Assembly: GCA_045131145.1 (NCBI GenBank)
Contig: JBGUQP010000445.1
Location: 1 to 34,414 of the forward strand
From: Lachnospiraceae bacterium
Lineage (GTDB): Bacteria; Bacillota; Clostridia; Lachnospirales; Lachnospiraceae
Direction of reading: 5' to 3'
Length of the DNA stretch: 34,414 bases
The position numbers and the translations under genes are program-made. The first letter of the stretch is position 1. Each line of letters opens with the position of its first letter. Under the pieces are notes generated by a model that did not search any database, was not told the origin of the DNA, and saw nothing but the letters and a program-made list of their open reading frames with translations. Shown here one piece after another: positions 1-7,470 of the stretch.

Positions 1-311
1 ACCTCTCTATTTGACTTGCACATAAACATATCCGGTAATAAAGGCAGGTTTCTATCCGACCATTCCGCTGCCAGATCGGGATCCTTAGATTCAAAATCGT
101 TAAAACCCCTGAGCAACTTATTCCCTGAACAGTACGGACATCCGGATCCCTTGACCCTGTTCTTTATTATCGCCTGCCACTCATGACCGCAGGATCCAAC
201 CCACCATACCTTCTTGCTCGATCCAAGAGTATAATTATCCGGCATCAGCTCATTTCTGTCAGACCATTGTGCTGCAAGCTCCGGCATACCTTCCGATAAA
301 AGTTCCTTCAT
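1..311 (-). CDS. Zinc-ribbon repeat protein (DUF4379-like), N-terminal part only. The gene runs off the left edge.
   Basis: My own translation from the ATG at 311 gives MKELLSEGMPELAAQWSDRNELMPDNYTLGSSKKVWWVGSCGHEWQAIIKNRVKGSGCPYCSGNKLLRGFNDFESKDPDLAAEWSDRN... It shows a repeated EW/QWxxxN ... CxH ... CPxC module. The start is 3 nt after the stop of 315..623. It is absent from the ORF track because it is truncated. Confidence 0.6.
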   Translation of the reverse strand, partial: MKELLSEGMPELAAQWSDRNELMPDNYTLGSSKKVWWVGSCGHEWQAIIKNRVKGSGCPYCSGNKLLRGFNDFESKDPDLAAEWSDRNLPLLPDMFMCKSNRE

Positions 312-314
312 ACC

Positions 315-623
315 TTAAACCTCAGCAAGATCACCCACAAAATCCTTTATGGTTAGTATCCCTTCCGTAAGGAAAATTGTTATCGGCTCCGGTAATATCA
401 TAAGTCCGGCTGCAACTCCTATCATGACCATCATCTGCCTGGTACTGTCAAACTCTCTGAACACAAACAGGAGGAGCGCTAACCCAAACAGAATAATACC
501 TGTCAGCCATCCTGCTCCCTTAAGCAGGCTTCCTACAATACCTATAATAAAATAGGCTATAGTAAGCGGTATCTGGATTATGAAAACTATCAGCTTAAGC
601 AGTATTTTTAATATGATTTTCAT
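315..623 (-). CDS. Small hydrophobic membrane protein (102 aa, about 3 TM segments), function unknown
   Basis: ORF 315..674 trimmed to the internal ATG (MKIILKILLK...), which is preceded by GAGGAG 8 nt upstream. The track's N-terminal MWTKCPHF... extension is translation of a palindrome. The protein has long hydrophobic stretches. Confidence 0.5.
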   Translation of the reverse strand: MKIILKILLKLIVFIIQIPLTIAYFIIGIVGSLLKGAGWLTGIILFGLALLLFVFREFDSTRQMMVMIGVAAGLMILPEPITIFLTEGILTIKDFVGDLAEV

Positions 624-650
624 TGCGAGCACTCCTCGTTCCGTTCCATC

Positions 651-725
651 AAAATGTGGACATTTTGTCCACATTTCACTTTATCACTTTACTGTCCTAA
701 AATGTGGACATTTTGTCCACATTTT
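651..725. repeat. Two identical copies of a 26-27 bp palindrome, AAAATGTGGACA-TTT-TGTCCACATTT(T), at 651-676 and 699-725
   Basis: Read directly from the sequence. The arms are 11-12 bp with a 3-bp spacer, and the copies start 48 bp apart. They lie in the 106-bp gap between the rep stop (730) and the next gene start (623). Confidence 0.9.
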
Positions 726-729
726 GTCA

Positions 730-1824
730 TCACCCTGATGCAGCATAAGTATTACTGTTGTATTCAGCATTATAATAGCTGCCTTTTGTTGCAAGCGAGT
801 TAAATATCGTAGCCCTAAGATAACTTTTGATATTACCGATCTTTGCTTTGGTATTATTAAGGCATAACAGCATATAGTTGATATGTTCACGATTTATTCG
901 GAACATCCTGGATTTAACATAATCACTGTCCAATTCCTTGCTTGATATCCTGATCTTTGGACTGTCATCAAGCATGATCTCCACCATCTGCTCCACGATA
1001 TCATCAACCCTGTAAATATCAACTTCTTCACATTCTTCAAGATAATCGTACTGAATCTGTTTCTTTATGCCCTCTCTGAATATAACTGCTCTATTGTTCT
1101 CATCTATCCATCCTATCCCTTCATTCGGTAAGTCTTTTTTAAGCCGGGACAGGTATACTTCAAAATACCTGTCATGATAAGATGAGATAGGATTATTATT
1201 ATATTTATTATTATTTATATCTGTATTACTATGACCCCCAAAATTTACCGTTCCATTACCCCCAGTTTCTACCATTCCATTACCCCCAAAATCTACTGCT
1301 CCATTACCCCCAATTTCTACCGGTATGTGATGTTTACTGGCTTCCGGAGCTTCGGATTTCATCATTTTTTCTTCGATATCCTCCCTCTGAACATATTTTT
1401 TATCATTTTTGCTTTTCTCATTACGGTAATTTTTACCGGTATGGAGAGCTTTTTCTCTCAACTCTGGAGTAATAAAATTCTTAACATATAAAATGTTCCC
1501 CTGCCCAAGACCTACCTTAACCTTTTCAACCAGTCCCATTTTTTCTACTCCGTTCAAATAGGTTGTTGCTGTTTTCTCAGAAATGTTCAGTGTCTTCTGA
1601 ATCTCCTGGATCTTGTAACGGATATATACTTTGTTATCTTCATCAATCCATCCATGTTCTTTAGACAGGTTCATCCGATCAAGAAGCACCCCATAAAGTA
1701 TGATAGATCCCAATGTCATCTCCTCAAACATAGGATCCGTCAGCATAATCTTAGGGATACGGATAAAGGCGAACTGCTGACTCTCCTCTCCATAATAGTA
1801 ATCAAAAGCATTCCCCTCATTCAT
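730..1824 (-). CDS. RepA_N-family replication initiator protein
   Basis: The N-terminus FDYYYGEESQQFAFIRIPKIMLTDPMFEEMTLGSIILYGVLLDRMNLSKEHGWIDEDNKVYIRYKIQEIQKTLNISEKTATTYLNGVEKMGLVEK is typical of RepA_N (winged-helix) initiators of Firmicute plasmids and ICEs. A central GGNG repeat linker is followed by a separate C-terminal domain. I chose the ATG at 1824, which overlaps the parB stop as ATGAATGA; the track's start at 1833 is a GTG. Confidence 0.8.
   Translation of the reverse strand: MNEGNAFDYYYGEESQQFAFIRIPKIMLTDPMFEEMTLGSIILYGVLLDRMNLSKEHGWIDEDNKVYIRYKIQEIQKTLNISEKTATTYLNGVEKMGLVEKVKVGLGQGNILYVKNFITPELREKALHTGKNYRNEKSKNDKKYVQREDIEEKMMKSEAPEASKHHIPVEIGGNGAVDFGGNGMVETGGNGTVNFGGHSNTDINNNKYNNNPISSYHDRYFEVYLSRLKKDLPNEGIGWIDENNRAVIFREGIKKQIQYDYLEECEEVDIYRVDDIVEQMVEIMLDDSPKIRISSKELDSDYVKSRMFRINREHINYMLLCLNNTKAKIGNIKSYLRATIFNSLATKGSYYNAEYNSNTYAASG
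1235..1322. repeat. About 3.5 tandem copies of a 24-bp unit (CCCCCAAAATTTACCGTTCCATTA and variants) inside the rep gene; candidate iterons/oriV
   Basis: Units at 1235-1258, 1259-1282 and 1283-1306, with a partial unit from 1307. On the coding strand they encode GGNGAVDF/GGNGMVET/GGNGTVNF. Confidence 0.85.
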
Positions 1825-2740
1825 TAATCTCACTCTCCTCCTGACTGGATTTCCACTGATCTAAAAGCTCAAATATTATTCCCTCTATATCTTCCTGCGT
1901 AAAATATGGAGGAAAATACTCTGACAGTTGCTTATCCGATATTACAAGCTTCCTGGGCTTAGGCTTAAAAACATCTTTATTAAGGATATAATCCGTAACA
2001 TCCTGATTAAGGTTGCCTTCCTCGTCTAATTCCTTGAGTTGAACAACAACGCTTGTATTAATTGGTCCTCCTATACTCACATGTTCGTAAACCCATTGCT
2101 GTACTTCCTGGCGCAAACCCGAAATTTCCAATGCTATCCCTATATTTATCTTCTTATTATCAAGCGATTCCATCAGTTCCGGGAGAAGATTATTAAGAGA
2201 AAGATATCTTTGGACCTGCCTACCTGAAAGACCGGCACTTTGACCAGCAATATCCCTACTCCTGTTTCCAAACCTAGATCCATACTTCATAAGGTTATTA
2301 AGCGAATCTATTTTCATCTTCAATGATTTTGCCCGCTCACTGGGATACAGGAACTCTCTCTGGATGTTGGCGTCCACCATGAGCACCGTGGCTTCATCAT
2401 CATTCAGATCTCTTATAACTGCCGGTACAGCACTTAATCCTGCCCTTACGGCTGCATGCGTGCGCCTGTGTCCGGAAATAAGTTCATACATATCACCGGA
2501 CGGACGCACGATAACCGGAGACATGATCCCGTTATCCCTAATGCTTTCTACCAATTCATCCATCTTGTCATCATCTATTACCTTGAACGGGTGATTTTTA
2601 AAGGGTTTAAGCTTATCTATCGGGATCTCCCTTATTTCATCCCTGTTGATCTTCTCCTTAAGACCGCCATCCATCAGTAATTCATCTAGACTGTTATCAA
2701 AATCCTTATTGAGTACGATCTCCTTCCTAGCCTTAGCCAT
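1817..2740 (-). CDS. parB: ParB/Spo0J-family partition (nuclease-like N-terminal domain) protein
   Basis: Contains IPIDKLKPFKNHPFKV...VESIRDNGIMSPVIVRP...YELISGHRRTHAAVRAGL (the ParB-box GxRR motif). The ATG at 2740 overlaps the parA stop by 8 nt; the track's start at 2746 is a TTG. Confidence 0.85.
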   Translation of the reverse strand: MAKARKEIVLNKDFDNSLDELLMDGGLKEKINRDEIREIPIDKLKPFKNHPFKVIDDDKMDELVESIRDNGIMSPVIVRPSGDMYELISGHRRTHAAVRAGLSAVPAVIRDLNDDEATVLMVDANIQREFLYPSERAKSLKMKIDSLNNLMKYGSRFGNRSRDIAGQSAGLSGRQVQRYLSLNNLLPELMESLDNKKINIGIALEISGLRQEVQQWVYEHVSIGGPINTSVVVQLKELDEEGNLNQDVTDYILNKDVFKPKPRKLVISDKQLSEYFPPYFTQEDIEGIIFELLDQWKSSQEESEINE

Positions 2741-3503
2741 TTGCAAGCACCCCCTTTGCTATCTCCAGATAATTCTTTGCTCCCTGTGAATTTCCGCTAT
2801 ATGAATGGATGCTCACACCTTCGGATGCGGCCTCTGCGATAGCAACGGCATTGGGAATTGTAAGATCATAAATGTTTATCTCGTCACCATATGCATTTCT
2901 TACCGCTTCCTTATTTCTCTTGGTATTGTTGAACCTGCCAGTGTCCATGGTGAACAGGATCCCTTCTATTCTAAGATCAGGATTAAAGCGCTTCTTTATG
3001 CTCCTTACGCTACCTATGATCTCCTGCAGGCCATCTATACCGAAGTACTCAGCCTTGGTTGGGATTATCACACCGTCGGCTGCGGCAAGAACATTTATGT
3101 TCATCATCCCGAAGGCTGGTGAACAATCGATTATGATCACTTCATATAAATCTCTGAGCTTATCAATATATCCTTTAAGAACCAGCTCCGGGCTATCTGC
3201 AGAGTTAAGGGCTATGCCGCTTACAAGCTTATTCGAAGGTATAACATCAACTCCCTCTTCGCTTGTAAGCACGGCCTCCCTGGGATCATAATCATATCCC
3301 ATGATTTCGTTCTCCAACATATCCTTAAGAGTCACCCTCTGGCTCTTGGGAAAACCGAACCCTATCGTAAGATGCCCCTGACTGTCCGAATCCACTGCCA
3401 ACACCTTCTTACCTAACTTCACAAATGCTACCGCAAGATCTATCGCGGATGTTGTTTTCCCACACCCGCCCTTAAAATTGGCTACTGCTAAGACTTTACT
3501 CAT
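2733..3503 (-). CDS. parA: ParA/Soj-family partition ATPase
   Basis: Deviant Walker A motif AVANFKGGCGKTT, then VDSDSQG, then Walker B VIIIDCSP. The ATG at 3503 has GAAGGAGGG 8 nt upstream; the track's start at 3512 is a GTG. Confidence 0.9.
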   Translation of the reverse strand: MSKVLAVANFKGGCGKTTSAIDLAVAFVKLGKKVLAVDSDSQGHLTIGFGFPKSQRVTLKDMLENEIMGYDYDPREAVLTSEEGVDVIPSNKLVSGIALNSADSPELVLKGYIDKLRDLYEVIIIDCSPAFGMMNINVLAAADGVIIPTKAEYFGIDGLQEIIGSVRSIKKRFNPDLRIEGILFTMDTGRFNNTKRNKEAVRNAYGDEINIYDLTIPNAVAIAEAASEGVSIHSYSGNSQGAKNYLEIAKGVLANG

Positions 3504-3831
3504 TATCCACACCCTCCTTCACATCAACTTCAGAATATGCCCTCAGATATTTATCCGATCCTTGGATTGTAAGCATTTCCGAGAAGGATATTACCTCGCA
3601 CATACCTATTTCCTGACAGAATTCCATCATCCGGCGGAATCCATCAATTTTCTCAGGCGTAGACATCATTCGTACTTTAACTATTTCTTCTGTCTTCCGG
3701 GATGAAGCAAAACTGCTCTGCTGATCTTCTATCCAGGAAGTTTTTCTCTCATACCTCTTTTTTTCGTATCCGCTGGCGCGATACTTCTTTTTTCTCCAAG
3801 CATTATTTTTCGTCGTGGTTCTTTTTGACAT
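3496..3831 (-). CDS. Small basic protein (111 aa), unknown function; possibly a DNA-binding partner or regulator of the par operon
   Basis: SD AAAGGAGGAAG lies upstream of the ATG at 3831. The N-terminal third is Lys/Arg-rich (KRTTTKNNAWRKKKYRASGYEKKRYERK). The stop overlaps the parA ATG by 8 nt. I recognise no family. Confidence 0.5.
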   Translation of the reverse strand: MSKRTTTKNNAWRKKKYRASGYEKKRYERKTSWIEDQQSSFASSRKTEEIVKVRMMSTPEKIDGFRRMMEFCQEIGMCEVISFSEMLTIQGSDKYLRAYSEVDVKEGVDNE

Positions 3832-3874
3832 TTCAGTCTTCCTCCTTTGATTTGATTGTGACCATAACGCAAAA

Positions 3875-3917
3875 AGGACGTCTTCCTATAACCTTATTGA
3901 TTATAAAAAGACGTCCT
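3875..3917. promoter_or_regulatory. 10-bp perfect inverted repeat, AGGACGTCTT (3875-3884) and AAGACGTCCT (3908-3917), bracketing a minus-strand TATAAT hexamer. Candidate operator upstream of the par operon.
   Basis: Read directly. The 23-nt loop contains ATTATA at 3900-3905, which is TATAAT on the minus strand. It lies 44-86 nt upstream of the 3831 start codon. Confidence 0.4.
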
Positions 3918-4160
3918 GATGATCCGGATTCTCTTTCGTTGGATCTCAACCACAACTAATATATTCACTTACCTCTCCACACTGAAAAAAGTATTATTGG
4001 CTCATATTCAGTACCATTTTATACTTAAAAGTTGTGGAAAAGTTGTATTTCGGCTCGTACACCTGTTCTATATGCTTATTTCCTTATTACCTCATAGTCT
4101 CTAAAACCCGCTTATTTACTGGATTTTTGAGTTTCTTCTGTCAGAAGTTTTTTACTTCTT

Positions 4161-5759
4161 CTAACTCAAGGTCTTTAATGTCGGGAAGAATAGAACCTCC
4201 CTTATACTTGGACTATCCGTCAGCAGCATGGTCAGACGGTCTATGCCATAGCCTATACCACCTGTGGGCGGCATACCAATCTCGAGTGCATTAAGGAAGT
4301 CCTCATCGGTGTGGTTTGCTTCCTCATCGCCTGCTGCCGCAGCTGCGTCCTGAGCCGCAAAACGCTCCCTCTGATCGATGGGATCGTTAAGCTCTGAATA
4401 AGCATTGCACATCTCCCATGTATTTATGAAGAGCTCGAACCTCTCAACAAGATCCGGCCTGTCGGGCTTCCTCTTTGTAAGAGGGCTTATCTCGACCGGA
4501 TGATCCATTACGAAGGTAGGCTGTACCAGATTCTCCTCAACATACTCCTCGAAGAAGAGATTGATGATATCACCCTTCTTATGATAAGGCTCGTAGTGGA
4601 TGCCCTTCTCATCGGCAAGCTTCTTGGCTGCCTCGGTATCGGGAATCTGATCGAAATCGATCCCCGCATATTTCTTTATCGCATCTATCATGGTGATACG
4701 CTCGAAGGGCTTGCCAAAGTCAAGTTCAATATCACCATATTTGAATTTCGTTGTTCCAAGGACTTCCTGAGCCACATGCCTGAACATGTTCTCGGTTAAG
4801 TCCATCATTCCGTTATAATCGGTATATGCCTGATAGAGCTCCATCAGTGTGAACTCGGGATTGTGCCTTGTATCAAGACCTTCGTTCCTGAACACGCGGC
4901 CTATCTCATATACCCTTTCAAGTCCGCCCACAATAAGCCTCTTAAGATAGAGCTCAAGTGATATACGAAGCTTAAGATCCTCATCCAGTGCATTGAAGTG
5001 GGTCTCAAAAGGCCTTGCTGCCGCACCGCCTGCATTTGAAACAAGCATGGGAGTCTCAACTTCCATGAATCCCTGGTCATCTAAATATCTTCTTATTGAA
5101 GAAATGATCTTCGACCTCTTTATAAATGTATCCTTTACTTCAGAATTCATGATAAGATCGACATATCTCTGTCTGAAGCGAAGGTCAGTATTGGTCATAC
5201 CGTGGAACTTCTCGGGAAGTATCTGGAGTGACTTGGACAGAAGAACGATCGATTCTGCATGGACGGATATCTCACCCGTCATGGTCCTGAAAACATATCC
5301 CTTTATACCAACGATATCACCTATATCATATTTCTTAAAATCAGCGTAAGCTTCCTCGCCTACAGCATCCCTTGCCACGTAGGCCTGGATATTGCCGGGC
5401 TTGTCCTGGACATTGCAGAAAGCAGCCTTACCCATTATACGCTTGCTCATGATACGGCCGGCGATGCTGACATTAATGGGCTGGGCATCCATAATGGCAC
5501 GCTTCTCGTTATAATCAGCCTTCTTAGCTTCCCTTGCGGCTGCCTCATCCATACCAGATACATCCACCGGCGCACGATCGCCTATAAGTTTTGCCTCAAG
5601 CTCCTCATACTCGGCCTTGGCATCAACGGAATGATGGGTCTGGTCGTATTTGGTTATGACAAAAGGATCCTTGCCTGCTGCCTGAAGGTCGGCAAGCTTA
5701 TCCCGCCTTACCTTTAGAAGCTGTCCTATATCCTGCTGCTGTTCACTTTTATTTTCCAT
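4161..5759 (-). CDS. lysS: Lysine--tRNA ligase, class II
   Basis: 532 aa. It has an OB-fold region (GRIMSKRIMGKAAFCNVQD), class II motifs (FMEVETPML, VFRNEGLDTRHNPEFT, GGIGYGIDRLTMLL), and an SD upstream. Confidence 0.95.
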   Translation of the reverse strand: MENKSEQQQDIGQLLKVRRDKLADLQAAGKDPFVITKYDQTHHSVDAKAEYEELEAKLIGDRAPVDVSGMDEAAAREAKKADYNEKRAIMDAQPINVSIAGRIMSKRIMGKAAFCNVQDKPGNIQAYVARDAVGEEAYADFKKYDIGDIVGIKGYVFRTMTGEISVHAESIVLLSKSLQILPEKFHGMTNTDLRFRQRYVDLIMNSEVKDTFIKRSKIISSIRRYLDDQGFMEVETPMLVSNAGGAAARPFETHFNALDEDLKLRISLELYLKRLIVGGLERVYEIGRVFRNEGLDTRHNPEFTLMELYQAYTDYNGMMDLTENMFRHVAQEVLGTTKFKYGDIELDFGKPFERITMIDAIKKYAGIDFDQIPDTEAAKKLADEKGIHYEPYHKKGDIINLFFEEYVEENLVQPTFVMDHPVEISPLTKRKPDRPDLVERFELFINTWEMCNAYSELNDPIDQRERFAAQDAAAAAGDEEANHTDEDFLNALEIGMPPTGGIGYGIDRLTMLLTDSPSIREVLFFPTLKTLS

Positions 5760-5869
5760 TGCTTATCCTCTAAGTTTTCTCTGAATGTCGGGTGATGCCC
5801 CCTCACATTCGTTCAGCGGCCTTTCGTCAGAGCCATCTTGAATTATGCTTCGCATAATGGCTCTTCCTC

Positions 5870-6370
5870 TTAATAATCCTTATCCCCGGGCCTGATTATC
5901 TGAAGGACCTTATACTTAAGGTCTCCGGCCTGGGTCTCAACAGTTACGGTCTGTCCCTTCTTGGCACCGATAAGGGCCTTGCCGACGGGTGATTCGTTGC
6001 TGATCTTACCTTTAAGTGAGTCAGCCTCTGTTGAACCTACGATCTTATATTCAAGATCCTCTTTAAATTCCATATCCCTTATCTTAACCTTGCAGCCGAT
6101 ACTGATCTTGCCTGTATCAACTTCCTCATCAAGGACTACTTCGGCATTCTTAAGGATCTTCTCTATCTCCTCGATACGAGCCTCGATATCACGCTGCTCA
6201 TCCTTGGCTGCATCGTACTCGGCATTCTCGGATAAGTCACCCTGCTCACGGGCTTCCTTTATCTTCTGTGCAACCTCGGCCCTTCTTACAACCTTAAGAT
6301 CATGGAGTTCCTCCTCCAGCTTCTTAAGACCCTCATAAGTTAAGATATTTTTCTTCTCCATTACATCCAT
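5870..6370 (-). CDS. greA: Transcription elongation factor GreA
   Basis: Contains LTYEGLKKLEEELHDLK...EAREQGDLSENAEYDAAKDEQ... The start is set to the ATG at 6370, with AGAGGA upstream. The track's start at 6514 adds a non-GreA extension that covers the promoter. Confidence 0.9.
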   Translation of the reverse strand: MDVMEKKNILTYEGLKKLEEELHDLKVVRRAEVAQKIKEAREQGDLSENAEYDAAKDEQRDIEARIEEIEKILKNAEVVLDEEVDTGKISIGCKVKIRDMEFKEDLEYKIVGSTEADSLKGKISNESPVGKALIGAKKGQTVTVETQAGDLKYKVLQIIRPGDKDY

Positions 6371-6465
6371 CTTATCATCCTCTTGATCATTCTCATGATT
6401 TACTGTTCTGCCATAGACTGCCTGCATGTAGCAGTTCCTTCCTATGACGAATCTACACTTGCGTA

Positions 6466-6495
6466 AGTATACTCCATCCCGTCTGTCAATGTCAA
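6466..6495 (-). promoter_or_regulatory. Candidate sigma-A promoter for greA (TTGACA-18-TATACT)
   Basis: On the minus strand, TTGACA is at 6495-6490 (with an adjacent second TTGACA at 6489-6484) and TATACT is at 6471-6466. This is hexamer reading only. Confidence 0.5.
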
Positions 6496-6516
6496 GGATT
6501 CGCTTGATTTTCACGC

Positions 6517-7470
6517 TTACAGGCTTTCCATGATAAGCGTTACCAGATCATCGTAGCTTGTCATTTCATTCATCCGGCCACGAAACCTGGAAGATCCCTT
6601 AAGGCCCTGGGTATACCAGGCAGCATGTTTTCGCATCTCCCTTATCCCTATGTATTCACCCTTGCACTCAATGAGCATCTTCCCGTGAATGAGGATCATC
6701 TGTTTACGCTCTTCTATTGTCGGACCGCTGTAATCAAGCCCCTCATCTGCCATGGCAAGGGCTTTAAATATCCAGGGATTACCCTGACATGCACGCCCTA
6801 TCATGACTGCATCGCAACCTGTTTCTTCTATTATATTATGTGCGCTTACAACGTCCTTTACATCTCCGTTACCTATGACCGGGATACTCACGGCTTCCTT
6901 GACCTGCCTTATTATGTCCCAATCGGCAGTTCCCGAATAATACTGGTCCCTTGTCCTTCCGTGAACGGCTACTGCAGCCGCTCCCGATTCCTGCGCTATA
7001 TGGGCCATCTCGACGGCATTTACATGGTCTTCGTCAAAACCCTTGCGGATCTTGACGGTAACAGGCTTATCAATTGACTTTGCAACTGCTTCTATTATCT
7101 TTCCGGCAAGCAGCGGATCCTTCATAAGGGCCGATCCCTCATGGTTATTCACTACCTTGGGTACCGGACATCCCATGTTTATATCAAGAATGGAAAATGG
7201 ACGGTCCTCAATCCTTTTAGCCATATCTCCCATTATCTTTGGATCAGAGCCGAAGAGCTGTAAGGACACGATATCCTCCTCATCAGAAATCTCCATCAGA
7301 AGGTCCGTGTTCTTGTTATTATAGTAGATTGCCTTGGCACTGACCATTTCCATACAGGTCATACCTGCACCCAGTCTTGCGCATAACACACGAAATGGCA
7401 GGTCACAAACCCCTGCCATCGGTGCCAGTATCCATTTATTTTTTAATTCTACGCTTCCTATCTTCACCAT
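6517..7470 (-). CDS. dusB: tRNA-dihydrouridine synthase (Dus family, DusB-like)
   Basis: Contains LAPMAGVCDLPFRVLC, DINMGCPVPKV and AVAVHGRTRDQYYSGTADWD, which are characteristic of the Dus TIM-barrel flavoenzymes. Confidence 0.9.
   Translation of the reverse strand: MVKIGSVELKNKWILAPMAGVCDLPFRVLCARLGAGMTCMEMVSAKAIYYNNKNTDLLMEISDEEDIVSLQLFGSDPKIMGDMAKRIEDRPFSILDINMGCPVPKVVNNHEGSALMKDPLLAGKIIEAVAKSIDKPVTVKIRKGFDEDHVNAVEMAHIAQESGAAAVAVHGRTRDQYYSGTADWDIIRQVKEAVSIPVIGNGDVKDVVSAHNIIEETGCDAVMIGRACQGNPWIFKALAMADEGLDYSGPTIEERKQMILIHGKMLIECKGEYIGIREMRKHAAWYTQGLKGSSRFRGRMNEMTSYDDLVTLIMESL

Larger units (their letters stand above)
1..3918. mobile_element. Terminal part (replication/partition module plus cargo) of an integrated plasmid-like or conjugative element. 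The left boundary lies outside the window and the right boundary is approximate.
   Basis: Tightly coupled small protein-ParA-ParB-RepA_N genes with 8-nt start/stop overlaps. The block sits directly beside the core gene lysS, which is followed by the usual coaX-dus-greA-lysS housekeeping cluster. By eye it is more AT-rich than the core genes (not computed). No integrase or att site is visible in the window. Confidence 0.55.

Noticed and set aside
650-890. ORF 684..890 and the MWTKCPHF N-terminus of 315..674 as real coding sequence.
   Set aside because: Both MWTKCPHF peptides are simply translations of the duplicated palindrome, and 684..890 overlaps the 3' end of rep out of frame.
1235-1322. 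CRISPR array, also considered for 29202..29291.
   Set aside because: The repeats are directly tandem with no spacers, they lie inside ORFs in frame, and there are no cas genes.
3919-4104. A 61-aa plus-strand ORF, and an 8-bp inverted repeat (CCACAACT/AGTTGTGG at about 3950 and 4031), in the element-lysS junction.
   Set aside because: The ORF has no SD and a hydrophobic, low-information sequence in an AT-rich spacer. The 8-bp repeat is short enough to occur by chance, and no att-like duplication of the lysS 3' end was found in the window.
5760-5869. T-box or lysine (L-box) riboswitch in front of lysS.
   Set aside because: There are only 110 nt and no T-box sequence (AANNNGGGTGGTACCGCG-like), specifier loop or L-box core. 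It is kept only as a generic structured spacer.
6371-6514. N-terminal extensions in the ORF track: greA to 6514, queT to 22147, coaX to 8250, the 130-aa ORF to 8673, parA to 3512, parB to 2746, rep to 1833.
   Set aside because: The extensions start at TTG/GTG or lack an SD. They run through promoter or riboswitch sequence, and an internal ATG with a good SD matches the conserved N-terminus of each family.
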